A DNA stretch of 63,705 nt, counting the filler, from Octopus bimaculoides (lineage: Eukaryota): NCBI RefSeq assembly GCF_001194135.2. It is 6 parts of 6 records of this genome, joined end to end, with 100 filler letters (N's around TTAATTAATTAA, not from the genome) between each part and the next. Parts side by side here need not be neighbours in the genome. Positions count along the whole stretch, not along the records: positions 34,160 to 46,854 come from NC_068986.1; positions 46,955 to 57,233 come from NC_068998.1; 4 more parts are not named here. One strand, given 5' to 3'. The notes beneath the pieces were generated by a model, which was not told the DNA's origin, did no database searches, and saw nothing but the letters and a program-made list of their open reading frames with translations. Position numbers and translations under genes: made by a program. Positions 36,289 through 49,133 of this stretch are shown here, piece by piece; position 1 is the stretch's first letter; every line of letters starts with the position of its first letter.

Positions 36289-36521
36289 GGATAGATAGGT
36301 AGGTAGGTAGGTAGATAGATACATTTCTTTTATTAGCCACAAAGGGCTCAACAAAGATGGGACAAATACAATGTAGAGCTTTTCTTTTTGTGAGGGGGAA
36401 GGGAAAAAAGGAAGTAGGGGTGTCGATCAAAAGGGATCATAGGAAGGAAAAAGGGGGAAGTTCGATCAAAAGGAATCGAAAAAAAAANNNNNNNNNNGAC
36501 AGACAGACAAATAGATAGATC

Positions 36522-36560
<39 letters not shown>

Positions 36561-36991
36561 GGATAGATAGGTAGGTAGGTAGGTAGATAGATACATTTCT
36601 TTTATTAGCCACAAAGGGCTCAACAAAGATGGGACAAATACAATGTAGAGCTTTTCTTTTTGTGAGGGGGAAGGGAAAAAAGGAAGTAGGGGTGTCGATC
36701 AAAAGGGATCATAGGAAGGAAAAAGGGGGAAGTTCGATCAAAAGGAATCGAAAAAAAAAATAGCGATCAATAGGGATCGTGTATCGCAGTAATGTTCTCG
36801 TGTAAAAGGGGAGGACAGTTTAGGTTTAGCCGTGGAAAGAAAAGCCTACGGAAAAGACCACGGTAACCTTGGTCAATACTGTCATTGTTATTGAAGATAC
36901 TATAACAGTAAGCGACTCTCTTTTGCCTTTTTGTTTCTTTTCTGGATATAGATAGATAGAGGAAGGGAGGGAGAGAACTAGAAAGAGAAAG

Positions 36992-37044
<53 letters not shown>

Positions 37045-37348
37045 AAGGAAGAAAAATTTGATCGCCTTATGCTAATTCTGTATGAGTTTCACGAAGATTT
37101 TTCAGGCATTTGGACATAACGATTGTCGACTAACTTTAGCAGTAGGTGTAGTAGAAGGACAATAGTAAGTAATCCTAAACAGATTTACAATTCTAACGAA
37201 CCGTATTGATTAGTTTGGTGGTTTACAATGAAATATAAAGACACCATCCAAACAAATTCACTTCGACACACACACACACACACGCACGATGCTCACACAC
37301 ACACACACACATATACACACACGCTGCTCACATATAGACGCACATATG

Positions 37349-37385
<37 letters not shown>

Positions 37386-38154
37386 NNNNNNNNNNCGCGT
37401 TTGTGTGTGTGTGTTTGTGTGTCTACATGTAAGCATGTCTGGACGCACATACGTTTATGACCATATATCTCGATGTGTATACCACACACAGACGCATAAA
37501 TATATTCATAGAATTAGATACTACATACGTCCACACATGCGCATTTGCATGGTTGCATGGACACTGTTGAATACATAAATATATATGCGCACACACATAC
37601 ACACACTCACATGCATATACACATACAGGTCCGCGCGCGCATACGCGAATCTCCAATCCAAACGCCACCACTGTTGGAAGATATTTCACGATCGGTCAAC
37701 CTGATCATGGCTGACCTGAGTCTGCACACCAGCACGGAGGGTCATATTTGATGACGTATTCCTAGATACACTGTGTCAGAATAAACATAGAGGATGATCC
37801 CAGCTAATCCAGTAGAGCAATTGGCATCACCGCCAACGACTCCATTACCACTATCGCCCCCACAAAAAACGTCCTGCATCACTGGCATCCACATGAAAAG
37901 TACCATAATCAGGTGACAGTTGACTTCGATAGACATTACCCCCACCACGCACAGTAGCTGCAATGCTACCACCAATGCTGCGACCACCACAACTACGACC
38001 TTCGCTACCATCGTAATTGAATGTCATACCATTACCAAAAGCGGAACCATCACCAAGAGTTAACTAACCATCGTAAGCTTCGTAGCCGTTCGCACAATCA
38101 CCATCAGCATATCATTAACAGCAACGATGTCATCATTGGGAATACCATTCGGAC

Positions 38155-38647
38155 CACCACCACCACCGCATCCACAACCACCACCATCACCACCACCACC
38201 ACAACCACCACCACTACCACCACCACCACCACNNNNNNNNNNNNNNNNNNNNNNNNNNNNNNNNNNNNNNNNNNNNNNNNNNNNNNNNNNNNNNNNNNNN
38301 NNNNNNNNNNNNNNNNNNNNNNNNNNNNNNNNNNNNNNNNNNNNNNNNNNNNNNNNNNNNNNNNNNNNNNNNNNNNNNNNNNNNNNNNNNNNNNNNNNNN
38401 NNNNNNNNNNNNNNNNNNNNNNNNNNNNNNNNNNNNNNNNNNNNNNNNNNNNNNNNNNNNNNNNNNNNNNNNNNNNNNNNNNNNNNNNNNNNNNNNNNNN
38501 NNNNNNNNNNNNNNNNNNNNNNNNNNNNNNNNNNNNNNNNNNNNNNNNNNNNNNNNNNNNNNNNNNNNNNNNNNNNNNNNNNNNNNNNNNNNNNNNNNNN
38601 NNNNNNNNNNNNNNNNNNNNNCCACCACTACCACCACCACCACCACC

Positions 38648-38698
<51 letters not shown>

Positions 38699-40171
38699 GT
38701 CGCCACCAACAACATCAGTACCAACACTATCACCACCACCAAAGTCACCACCATCAGCTACAACAATACCACCATCCCTACACCGTCATCATCGCAATAC
38801 TACCATCTGTATCACCATCATCATCGCAACCAGCACACCACCACCATCAACAATAACAGCACTACCACTTCTACCACCACCACCTTCACCACCACTATCA
38901 CCATCACCATTATCATCAAGAGTAGCACCACCACTACCACCACCACTACCACCACCGCCGCCGCCGCCACCATGACTACTATCTTAATTATAATTTCATA
39001 CCATTACCACCAGCGGAAACGGTATCACATGTTAATCAATATCACCATCAAACCTAGCAATTATAACCACTACCATCAGCATCATGTCGAGCAATACCAC
39101 CAGGACTACCATCACAGCCTCCATCACCAATGGCACAACCACCACCGCAACCATCTTCTGTATCAATATCACCACCATTAACACGCTCAATACCACTACC
39201 ACCATCATTATCATCATCACCAACACCATCTGACCACCACCAGAAATATCAAAAGCACCATCAGCACCACCACCACCACCACCACCACCACCACCACCAC
39301 NNNNNNNNNNNNNNNNNNNNNNNNNNNNNNNNNNNNNNNNNNNNNNNNNNNNNNNNNNNNNNNNNNNNNNNNNNNNNNNNNNNNNNNNNNNNNNNNNNNN
39401 NNNNNNNNNNNNNNNNNNNNNNNNNNNNNNNNNNNNNNNNNNNNNNNNNNNNNNNNNNNNNNNNNNNNNNNNNNNNNNNNNNNNNNNNNNNNNNNNNNNN
39501 NNNNNNNNNNNNNNNNNNNNNNNNNNNNNNNNNNNNNNNNNNNNNNNNNNNNNNNNNNNNNNNNNNNNNNNNNNNNNNNNNNNNNNNNNNNNNNNNNNNN
39601 NNNNNNNNNNNNNNNNNNNNNNNNNNNNNNNNNNNNNNNNNNNNNNNNNNNNNNNNNNNNNNNNNNNNNNNNNNNNNNNNNNNNNNNNNNNNNNNNNNNN
39701 NNNNNNNNNNNNNNNNNNNNNNNNNNNNNNNNNNNNNNNNNNNNNNNNNNNNNNNNNNNNNNNNNNNNNNNNNNNNNNNNNNNNNNNNNNNNNNNNNNNN
39801 NNNNNNNNNNNNNNNNNNNNNNNNNNNNNNNNNNNNNNNNNNNNNNNNNNNNNNNNNNNNNNNNNNNNNNNNNNNNNNNNNNNNNNNNNNNNNNNNNNNN
39901 NNNNNNNNNNNNNNNNNNNNNNNNNNNNNNNNNNNNNNNNNNNNNNNNNNNNNNNNNNNNNNNNNNNNNNNNNNNNNNNNNNNNNNNNNNNNNNNNNNNN
40001 NNNNNNNNNNNNNNNNNNNNNNNNNNNNNNNNNNNNNNNNNNNNNNNNNNNNNNNNNNNNNNNNNNNCACCACCACCACCACTACCGCCACTACTACCAC
40101 CATCACCACCACGTCCACCAGCACCACCACGTCCACCACAATCCCCACCATGTCCACTACCATTACTACTA

Positions 40172-40248
<77 letters not shown>

Positions 40249-40350
40249 GTCGCCGTTGCTGCGAATAAACATCACCACCAACATTATTATCAATAATTCC
40301 ATCATCACAAGCGTCAAATCTCGGCATCACCACCACCACCACCAACACCG
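38155..40350. repeat. (ACC)n/(ACT)n low-complexity region with gaps
   Basis: Direct reading; source of poly-T/V/P/H ORFs. Confidence 0.9.
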
Positions 40351-43300
40351 CTGCCACCAATCAGCACGGCAGGCAGTCACGCTTCATTTAACGCTCATTA
40401 GCACCAAACCAGACAGCGATCAAACTCAACGAACACCGCCCACTGACACACCACCACTACCACCACGACCTTCATCGCCACCTGGTACCTACCATGCTCA
40501 TACATGTACACACACGTATAACAATACATACGTACACACACACGCACACACGCACACACGCACACACGCACACACACACATACACACACATACACGCACA
40601 CACGCGTATATGTATATCTATATTTATGTACACCACTCCTTATCTTCTACGGATGTTTATATCCATAATTTCCGTGTGTATTTTTGTGTACACTTGTAAA
40701 GGAGTTTATATTTGCATACACACACACTCACACCGCGCGCGTGGGTGTGTGCGTGCATGTGTATTTGTATGTGCATACAAACATAGGTGCATATACATAA
40801 ATACATACATATTTAGATACTTACATACGTACATATATGCATATATGTATACCCAAATGCAGACATACTCATGCCTAGGGTTTCCTGTATATCTGCACTG
40901 CTGTCTATTACTATGATGTGTGTTTGCATATATGTATGTGTGTGTGTATGCATCTGCAGGTATGTGTGTTTGTATACATGCATACACACACATATGCACA
41001 AACATATATATATGTATATATATATANNNNNNNNNNNNNNNNNNNNNNNNNNNNNNNNNNNNNNNNNNNNNNNNNNNNNNNNNNNNNNNNNNNNNNNNNN
41101 NNNNNNNNNNNNNNNNNNNNNNNNNNNNNNNNNNNNNNNNNNNNNNNNNNNNNNNNNNNNNNNNNNNNNNNNNNNNNNNNNNNNNNNNNNNNNNNNNNNN
41201 NNNNNNNNNNNNNNNNNNNNNNNNNNNNNNNNNNNNNNNNNNNNNNNNNNNNNNNNNNNNNNNNNNNNNNNNNNNNNNNNNNNNNNNNNNNNNNNNNNNN
41301 NNNNNNNNNNNNNNNNNNNNNNNNNNNNNNNNNNNNNNNNNNNNNNNNNNNNNNNNNNNNNNNNNNNNNNNNNNNNNNNNNNNNNNNNNNNCACACACAC
41401 ACACACACACTCACACACACTCACACACATATTCAGACATGCGTATGAGTGCAGAAGTGGCTGTCTAGTGAAAAGTTTGCTTCTGGTACAGTCCCATTGC
41501 AAATGTCTACTATATAACTTAATATATACAAAATTTTAAAAAGAACAGCTAATAGTTTCTTGCTGTAGAGGTACAATAATTTGGCAGATTTATATCACAT
41601 TCCGTGCGTCAGCAAGCAGTCCTTCCGGCTCAGTGTAAAGCATTAATCCTATTTGAAAACCACAACGCTGATGTATAAGAAAACATGAGAAGTGAAAGCG
41701 AGAAGGTTGAGGCAAAATTGGAACGAGAACGAAGAAAAGCAAGAGGCCAAGATCTGTGTGCTCTTTGTCTGCAGAAATTATAATTAATCAAGCGGGAGTA
41801 GAATAGTATCACGGAGAGGAAACCAAAGTCTATGAGACAGCTAGTGAATCCATTGAGGGTTGTATATTTCAGTTCGACAAAATAAATCGGTCCATGTGCT
41901 TGCACTTGCTAACAACATCGAATCTGGATCTAAATTGTGTAGTGGAATTCTCAGATCTAAAAGGAAGGTGCGATGTTTCAGATACGAATAATTTACGTCT
42001 CTTTGATCCATTTATATATGATGTAGATATATCCACAATTCTCTACTTGATTGTATTTGGGATATAGTTGATCTTAAGATCCCATACATGCTTAGCCAAC
42101 TTAGTGAATTTATTTTTAGCAATGTGTAGGAAAGAAGACTGGTGGTTTGCTTAACGGCTTTTAAAATTGCCTTCGCATAAACCGATGTAACTTTTCTTTT
42201 AAATTACGTTATTTTGGAGCGCTGCTGTGACTTCAGCTTCATAATATACGCTGTATATATATATCTGCGTAAATTAAATGATATTTAATCTCTCACTGGA
42301 TGAAGTACATTTTTTTTTCTTGATCCCGACTGTATAAAGGGAAAATTAATAACAAACGACGAATTCAAATCTAGAAACCAAAATATGTCTAAGATATGTT
42401 TGCAGCAAATATTTCTAGTTTGATTCTCAAAGAAAGACATTAGAAAGTTAAGAGAAAACGTACGAAATTCTTAGGCACAGTCCTTCGTTGGATCTGTAGA
42501 AAGGGGCTCAGAGAAGACGAAAAAAGGAAGAAAAGGAGATAGGAACAAAGTGTCAGGAAAAAAAGTACATGCGTAACTCGTATGTTCGATCATTGGGTGT
42601 CTGCATGTGTCTGTGTATGTATGAGTATATGTGTGTGTATGTATACACAGACATAATGTNNNNNNNNNNNNNNNNNNNNNNNNNNNNNNNNNNNNNNNNN
42701 NNNNNNNNNNNNNNNNNNNNNNNNNNNNNNNNNNNNNNNNNNNNNNNNNNNNNNNNNNNNNNNNNNNNNNNNNNNNNNNNNNNNNNNNNNNNNNNNNNNN
42801 NNNNNNNNNNNNNNNNNNNNNNNNNNNNNNNNNNNNNNNNNNNNNNNNNNNNNNNNNNNNNNNNNNNNNNNNNNNNNNNNNNNNNNNNNNNNNNNNNNNN
42901 NNNNNNNNNNNNNNNNNNNNNNNNNNNNNNNNNNNNNNNNNNNNNNNNNNNNNNNNNNNNNNNNNNNNNNNNNNNNNNNNNNNNNNNNNNNNNNNNNNNN
43001 NNNNNNNNNNNNNNNNNNNNNNNNNNNNNNNNNNNNNNNNNNNNNNNNNNNNNNNNNNNNNNNNNNNNNNNNNNNATATATATATATATACAGACAGACA
43101 TGCGTATGCACATACGTACTTGCATGGATGTATTATCGATGTGTGTGTTCTTTCATAAAACTCTTATTGATGCCAAGATACAAAGTTCCTTAGTAAACTA
43201 AACTGCCGTTCTCGTTAAACAACTCTGTCTATACACACCGGAATATATAACCAATATAATTATACAGTCTTTATTTTTTCCTTTGACATCACTAAACTCC

Positions 43301-43547
43301 ATTGTTCTCTTAAACTTCTCTCCGCCATTAATTTCCCCTCCTCCTCTCTCTCTTTCGCTCTCTTTTTATATCTTTTCTTTCCTACTCCATCTCCCACCTC
43401 CATTTTCTCCCCCACCTTTTAACCCCTCGGCACACAATAGCTTGACTTTTCATGTTCTGGTTTTCATTCATTTTCTTCTTAATATTTCATTTATTATTCT
43501 TCATATTCTTCGCCTCCTCTTTATTATTTTTGTCGCTGTTTTTTTTT

Positions 43548-43664
43548 TCTTCTTCTTCTTCTTCTTCTTCTTTTTCTTCTTCTTCTTCTTCTTCTTCTTC
43601 TTCTTCTTCTTCTTCTTCTTCTTCTTCTTCTTCTTCTTCTTCTTCTTCTTCTTCTTCTTCTTCT
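43548..43664. repeat. (TTC)n microsatellite
   Basis: Direct reading. Confidence 0.95.
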
Positions 43665-43982
43665 CATCCTGCACATTGGTTTCAACGATGTTCACTTCGT
43701 AACCAACATGCTTGCAAGTACGCTCTCACAGTGCGTCATCTTGAACAAGTTTTTTTTTTCGGTTACTGCTTCAGATTGGCCAATAACTAATAACTTTATA
43801 AGAGGAATTTTGTCAGACAGAACTATTTTTTCGAACTATTTTTTCGAACAACGACAGACAGAAATGGAAAACAAGACAAACAACATAAAGAACGGCCCTT
43901 CATCAGTTGTTGGCTATTTTTCTACTCTCGTATTTCGAGCATTTAACAAATATATATATATAGTTGAAATTTATAGGAAAAC

Positions 43983-44097
43983 TGTTGCGTCGACACTTCC
44001 AGAAGATGAAGTAGGTTAGCTCAATACGTAGCCATATAAGGAGAGGTCTAAACGTCGTAGTAGTTGAGTAGAGGTCATCCGAACGTGCGATATAACA
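43983..44097 (-). mobile_element. 115-bp solo-LTR-like element with perfect 5-bp TSD (AAAAC)
   Basis: tgttgcgtcgacac...gcgatataaca; aaaac at 43978-43982 and 44098-44102; homologous to 6153-6329 (strand given relative to that copy). Confidence 0.75.
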
Positions 44098-44245
44098 AAA
44101 ACAAAAGGCGAAGACAGGTGTATAAACAACAAACAGGTGTATTAGTTTGAGGCCAGGGAAAGTGAGAAAGTCTTTTACATTTCGAGCCTACGCTCTTCAA
44201 CAGAAGAGGAAATAAATAGGAAGAGAATAAAATACTATAGTTGGT
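44098..44245 (-). mobile_element. PLE-derived repeat with a decayed hammerhead-like motif
   Basis: gaagacaggtg-taaacaacaaa...gtattagttt also at 59590-59640; minus strand of 44171-44207 reads UCUU-CUGUUGA-A-GAGC-GUAG-GCUC-GAAAUGUA-AAAGA. Confidence 0.55.
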
Positions 44246-44289
44246 CCAAACTTTGAAGTCACTCTTAATACTATTCTTGTTAAAGAATA

Positions 44290-44513
44290 CTCTTTACTCT
44301 TTTACTCATTTACTTGTTTCAGTCATTTGACTGTGGCCATGCTGGAGCACCGCCTTTTAGTCGAGCTAATCGACCCCAGGACTTATTCTTTGTAAGCCTA
44401 GTACTTATTCTATCGGTCTCTTTTGCCGAACCGCTAAGTTACGGGGACGTAAACACACCACCATCGGTTGTCAAGCGATGTTGGGGTGGACAAACACAAA
44501 CACACAAACACAT

Positions 44514-44569
<56 letters not shown>

Positions 44570-44740
44570 GTATATACGACGGGCTTCTTTCAGTTTCCGT
44601 CTACCAAATCCGCTCACAAGGTTTTTGTCGGCCCGAGGCTATAGTAGAAGACACTTGCCCAAAGTGCCATGCAGTGGGACTGAACCCGGAACCATGTGGT
44701 TGGTAAGCAAGCTACTTACCACACAGCCACTCCTACGCCT
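44290..44740 (-). mobile_element. Full-length tRNA-derived SINE family A with internal (TA)n/(TG)n
   Basis: Head aggcgtaggagtggctgtgtggtaagtagc...ggttccgggttcagtcccactgc (A/B boxes), a CORE-like actttgggcaagtg segment, then microsatellite and a 3' tail ending gactgaaacaagtaaatgagtaaaagag. Confidence 0.9.
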
Positions 44741-46321
44741 GAATGATGAATTTATATTCTACAAAAGTATGGAGTAACTCTTCTGATTAATGCAAAATTG
44801 CTTTTATTATAACTGAACATAAAAAATAAACACGCACACACACACACACACATTATTTAAAGCATTAAACAGTTTGATGCAGTTCTGTGCGACTTAAAAC
44901 TTCGTGGGCTCCTATCAAGGACCCGTCTCTTTCAGGCTCTGGATTGCCGAATGGAGCGCAGAAGGAAGTCCAAGATGGTTACAGGAAGATAGGCTGCTAT
45001 TGGTCAAGACACATCAGACGGTGTTGTCAAAGAAAATCAATTGCCCAGCAGCAGCAGCAGTTCCATTAGAAAGGGGAATTTCTTCATTGTTAGTCATGGC
45101 TGGACTGGCTTTGGTCAAATTACACCTCGTTTCTTGCTTAAAAAAAACAAAAAAAAACAATAACTGGAAGTGCCCGTCAAGCCGTCAGTCTAACTGCCAG
45201 AAATACATACATACATAATATATATATAAAGACAGGATAAAAAACATATACATATAAATAGATATATACATATATACATATATACGTATATATGTATATA
45301 TATGTGTGTATATATATGTGTGAGTGTGTGTATGTATTTATATGTATATGTTTTTATCCTGGGTGGCGTTAGAGGTAGAATTAATTGATGGTCGAGGGAT
45401 AAGATTAATAGAAGCTGTTGAAAGGAATCCAAATACCGAGTATTCAGTGAACCGAAGCCATTCGCGGTTGTAGCAGTAGTAGTAGCAGTAGCAGTAGTAG
45501 TACTAGTAGTTGCAGCAGCAGTAGCAGCAGCAAACGACACCATCATTTATGTTCATTATTCACATCATTGTGTCACACCATTCCTAATAGCATCTCATCA
45601 TAAACATCAGAAAACATCGGCAACACCCCCCCCCNNNNNNNNNNCCACCACAACCACCACTAATACTACTCCTACCACCTCGAACACATCCACCGCTACT
45701 ACCATATTCATCATCATTACCATCAACACGAAAACGATGGAGACGGCCATCACCGCCAGCTGCCCCATACCCACCACCACCACCACCATCATCATATCAT
45801 CACTATTACCAAATCGAGAAGGACGACAGCGATGACCAACCGACCAACCGACCGACAGACCGACCGACCGACCGACAGACAGACAGACAGACAGGCCGAC
45901 ACCACCACCGTCATTTTCGACGGCAGCATGATCATCATGATCATGATCATCATCATCATCATCAACGCACCCTGTGTTGTTCTCTCATCAAAAAGCTAAC
46001 ATTTACCGCTGTTTTAACACAAACCCCGTAATTTTGTTTGTATCAAGTTAGATCTAATGAAGCGTAAAGAGTTAACTTAATGCAGAAGCAGTAGCAGTAT
46101 TATTATTATCATCATCATCATCTCCGCCACCATCATCATCATCATCATCATCATTAGTAGTAGTAGTAGGAGCAGTAGTAGTAGTAGTAGTTGTTGTAAT
46201 TCATACCTCCTTATTTGTACACGCTTCCAATACTTCATACCCTAAACAGACGCACATACGTACGCACGCACACATGCTCGCACGCATTCACGCACGCACG
46301 TACACGTACACACACGCCCAC

Positions 46322-46412
<91 letters not shown>

Positions 46413-46701
46413 ATCATCTGTATTTCTCACATAGTTGTGTAGAATCTGTTTAAACAAGACTCAAGTGGCGTTTGAACCAGGAACGCAACATCTGCCATTA
46501 TACGAGCAATAAACTTGTCTCAGTCCATCTTAGAACTCTCAGGTCATCTTACTTTCCGAACTGCAAGAAATCATTTTAGTCCCTTACCAAAAGTAATTTT
46601 ACCAACTTTGCAGAACCCTTTTTCCTCCAGTTCTTAACAACGATAGGTCTACGAGACGATGCTGAAAAATTTCTAGCTTCAAGGTGTCACGAATATATAT
46701 A

Positions 46702-46854
46702 TGTTATGTCTCAAGCTACTGGTATCTAGCACTTTCGGATGATCTCTACTCAACCGCTACTCAACACACTTTTCTCGACCAATCGCAGCCCGCTTTACGG
46801 TAATAACAGTCAACTTCTGTCATTCAGTTTCAAATGGCTGACGACTAGCATCAC
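46702..46854 (+). mobile_element. Third copy of the short LTR-like family (5' part; runs to the scaffold end)
   Basis: tgttatgtctcaagctactggtatctagcactttcggatgatctctactcaaccgctac aligns with 6153-6215. Confidence 0.6.
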
Positions 46855-46954
46855 NNNNNNNNNNNNNNNNNNNNNNNNNNNNNNNNNNNNNNNNNNNNTT
46901 AATTAATTAANNNNNNNNNNNNNNNNNNNNNNNNNNNNNNNNNNNNNNNNNNNN
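46855..46954. other. Artificial scaffold-joining linker
   Basis: TTAATTAATTAA at 46899-46910, 44 N each side. Confidence 0.95.
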
Positions 46955-47034
46955 TATAATCAAACATAAAACTTGTTTAAAGGGTACACCTTTGAAAATG
47001 GCTTTGTTTCATTGGTCCTTTCAGCTAAACGGTC

Positions 47035-47215
47035 TTAAGCATGCGATGAACAAAATAGCAGAATTTCGTCTGCCGCTAAGTTACGAGTTCAAATTCCGCC
47101 GAGGCTGACTTTGTCTTTCATCTTTTCGGCGTCGAAAATTAAATACCAGTTGAGCACTGGGACCGATGTGATCGACTGTCCACTCCCCACAAAATTCATG
47201 CCTTGTGCCTATTGC
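47035..47215 (+). mobile_element. SINE family B
   Basis: gagttcaaattccgccgaggctgactttgtctttcatcttttcggcgtcga...accagttgagcactggg. Confidence 0.8.
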
Positions 47216-47226
47216 TGAAAGGATTA

Positions 47227-47265
<39 letters not shown>

Positions 47266-47282
47266 GTTATCATTGGTATTAC

Positions 47283-47315
<33 letters not shown>

Positions 47316-47336
47316 CTATTAGTAGTAGTAGTAGTA

Positions 47337-47550
47337 AGGCAGCGAGCTGGCAGAATCGTTTGCACACTGGTCGAAATGCTTAGCAATATTTCGCCCGTCA
47401 CTACATTCTGAGTTCAAATTCCGCCGAGGTCGACTTTGCCTTTCATCCTTTCGAGGTTGATAAATTAAGTACCAGTGAAACACTGGGGTCGATGTAATCG
47501 CCTAACGTCTTTCCACAAATTTCAGGCCTTGTGCCTATAATAGAAAGGGT
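47337..47550 (+). mobile_element. SINE family B, near full length
   Basis: ggcagcgagctggcagaatcgtt (A box)...gagttcaaattcc (B box)...gtcgactttgcctttcatcctttcgaggttgataaattaagtaccag. Confidence 0.9.
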
Positions 47551-48254
47551 TATTATCATTATTGTCGTTGTTGTTGCTAATGTCGTGGTGGTGGCTGTTG
47601 CTATTATTATTGTTGCTGTTGTAGTTTAGGACAGGGCTGGTTGGGGTGACCAAAATGTTATGATAACCCTGCAAACGGCAAAATACTGGTGCAGGTATCC
47701 TAGGAACTTGAAGTGGCCGGCGGTTTGAAAGCACCGACATAAATACATCGTAATTAGCATTAAAGCCACAAACGGAAAAGTCGAGTAGTTGCGGATCAAA
47801 GAATTTATCTTCATTACAAGCTAGCTATCAACAACCAGCAAGATCGAATAAAGCCTGTTCGCTAATCTAATACCGCCCGCCCCCTGCCATTCCCACGGGG
47901 CGACAGATAGAGTCTATTAATCTTGTCCAGTGCTCTTACACACATGATCTTCATCTTATCTATTGACAATAGATATTCAGCAACGGTACTGTCAGACGTT
48001 ACTCATGTTACACATTTTACAGCTCCGCTTTCTTCACAGAGACGTCCCTTCCGTCTCATCTTCTTTTGCAAAAGGGTTTTCTTACCCGAAATATCGGATT
48101 ATTAGATGTTTTCAGGTAAAAGTTGAATATTTTATTTATTTATTTATTTTTGTTTATATCTAATATTTTTCAAACTGAAATACCGTAGCTTTCTAAATTA
48201 CTGCGTGTATGCATATAGTGATGTTTGATTATTATGTAGAGCGAAAGTGATCTC

Positions 48255-48530
48255 AAATTTATGTCCATAGTCAGCAATTTCGAGGGTGGAGTAAGCCGAT
48301 TACATCGGTCCCAGTGCTCAACTGAAACATATCTTATCGACTCCGAAAATATGAAAGGCAAAAGTGGCCTCGGCGGAGTTTGAACTCAGAACTTAAACTC
48401 AGAACTTCTCCTTTCATCCTTTCGGGGGTCGATGAAATTAGTACCAGTTACGCACTGGGGTCGATATAATCGACTAGCCCCCAACTTGCCCCCAAATTTT
48501 CGAGGCCTTGTGCCTAGAGTAGAAATAATC
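48255..48530. mobile_element. Two divergent SINE family B fragments (48255-48392 minus, 48395-48530 plus)
   Basis: atgaaaggcaaaagtggcctcggcggagtttgaactcag, followed by cctttcatcctttcgggggtcgatgaaattagtaccagttacgcactgggg. Confidence 0.8.
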
Positions 48531-48915
48531 ATTTCTATGTATGTATGACACAGTGTGTGTGTGTGTGTGTGCGTGTGTGTGTGTGTGTGTATGTGTGTGT
48601 GTGTGTGTGTGCGTTTTGTAAAATTTGTGTACAGGTGTTTGAAAGAATATCTAAATGATTATCTCGTACTTGGACAATTCTGTGTGTGTGAGTCTAAAAC
48701 TCCCTGTGTATATGTTTGTGCTTGAGACTATATATGTGAGAGAGCATGCGTGCGCGCGCACACACACACGTATATATATATTGTATATGCATGTATGTAT
48801 TTATGTATGTATGTATATGTGAAGGTTAGTCTGTGTTTTGACTATTGTGTTTATGGAGTACCATTATGTGGATGTGTTTGTTTTTATTTGTGTATATATT
48901 TCTAAGAACGTGGCA

Positions 48916-48966
<51 letters not shown>

Positions 48967-49101
48967 TTGGAGAGATGTCGCAATTTGCGTATATTTGTGT
49001 TAATATATATGTGTACCTCTATAGTTGTGTGGGTGTGTCTCTGAGTATGTATGTGCGAGGGAGAGAGAGAAAGAGTGAGTGAGTGAATGAGTGAGAGAGG
49101 A

Positions 49102-49133
<32 letters not shown>

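Noticed and set aside
36228-36760. ~260-bp direct duplication across a 10-N gap (also 24570-24682, 27336-27418, 34160-34766)
   Set aside because: Duplicates sit exactly at gap edges, which is typical of unmerged overlapping contig ends rather than biology.
38021-39181. 386-aa Thr-rich mucin-like ORF, plus other poly-T/H/P/V/K/F ORFs
   Set aside because: These are (ACC/ACT/CAT/GAA)n microsatellites and N-gaps read in frame; all frames give homopolymers and there are no domain or splice signals.
41600-41910. Charged stretch MRSESEKVEAKLERERRKARGQDLCALC
   Set aside because: Interrupted by several in-frame stops with no recognisable family, so I cannot call it coding.
44690-44740. tRNA gene
   Set aside because: The A/B boxes belong to a SINE head; there is no full cloverleaf and it continues into the SINE body. 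The same applies to 47337, 56028 and 58050-58108.
44880-45140. Possible exon or promoter (ggaagt, caagatgg, attgg motifs)
   Set aside because: These short motifs are expected by chance, and no ORF has recognisable homology.
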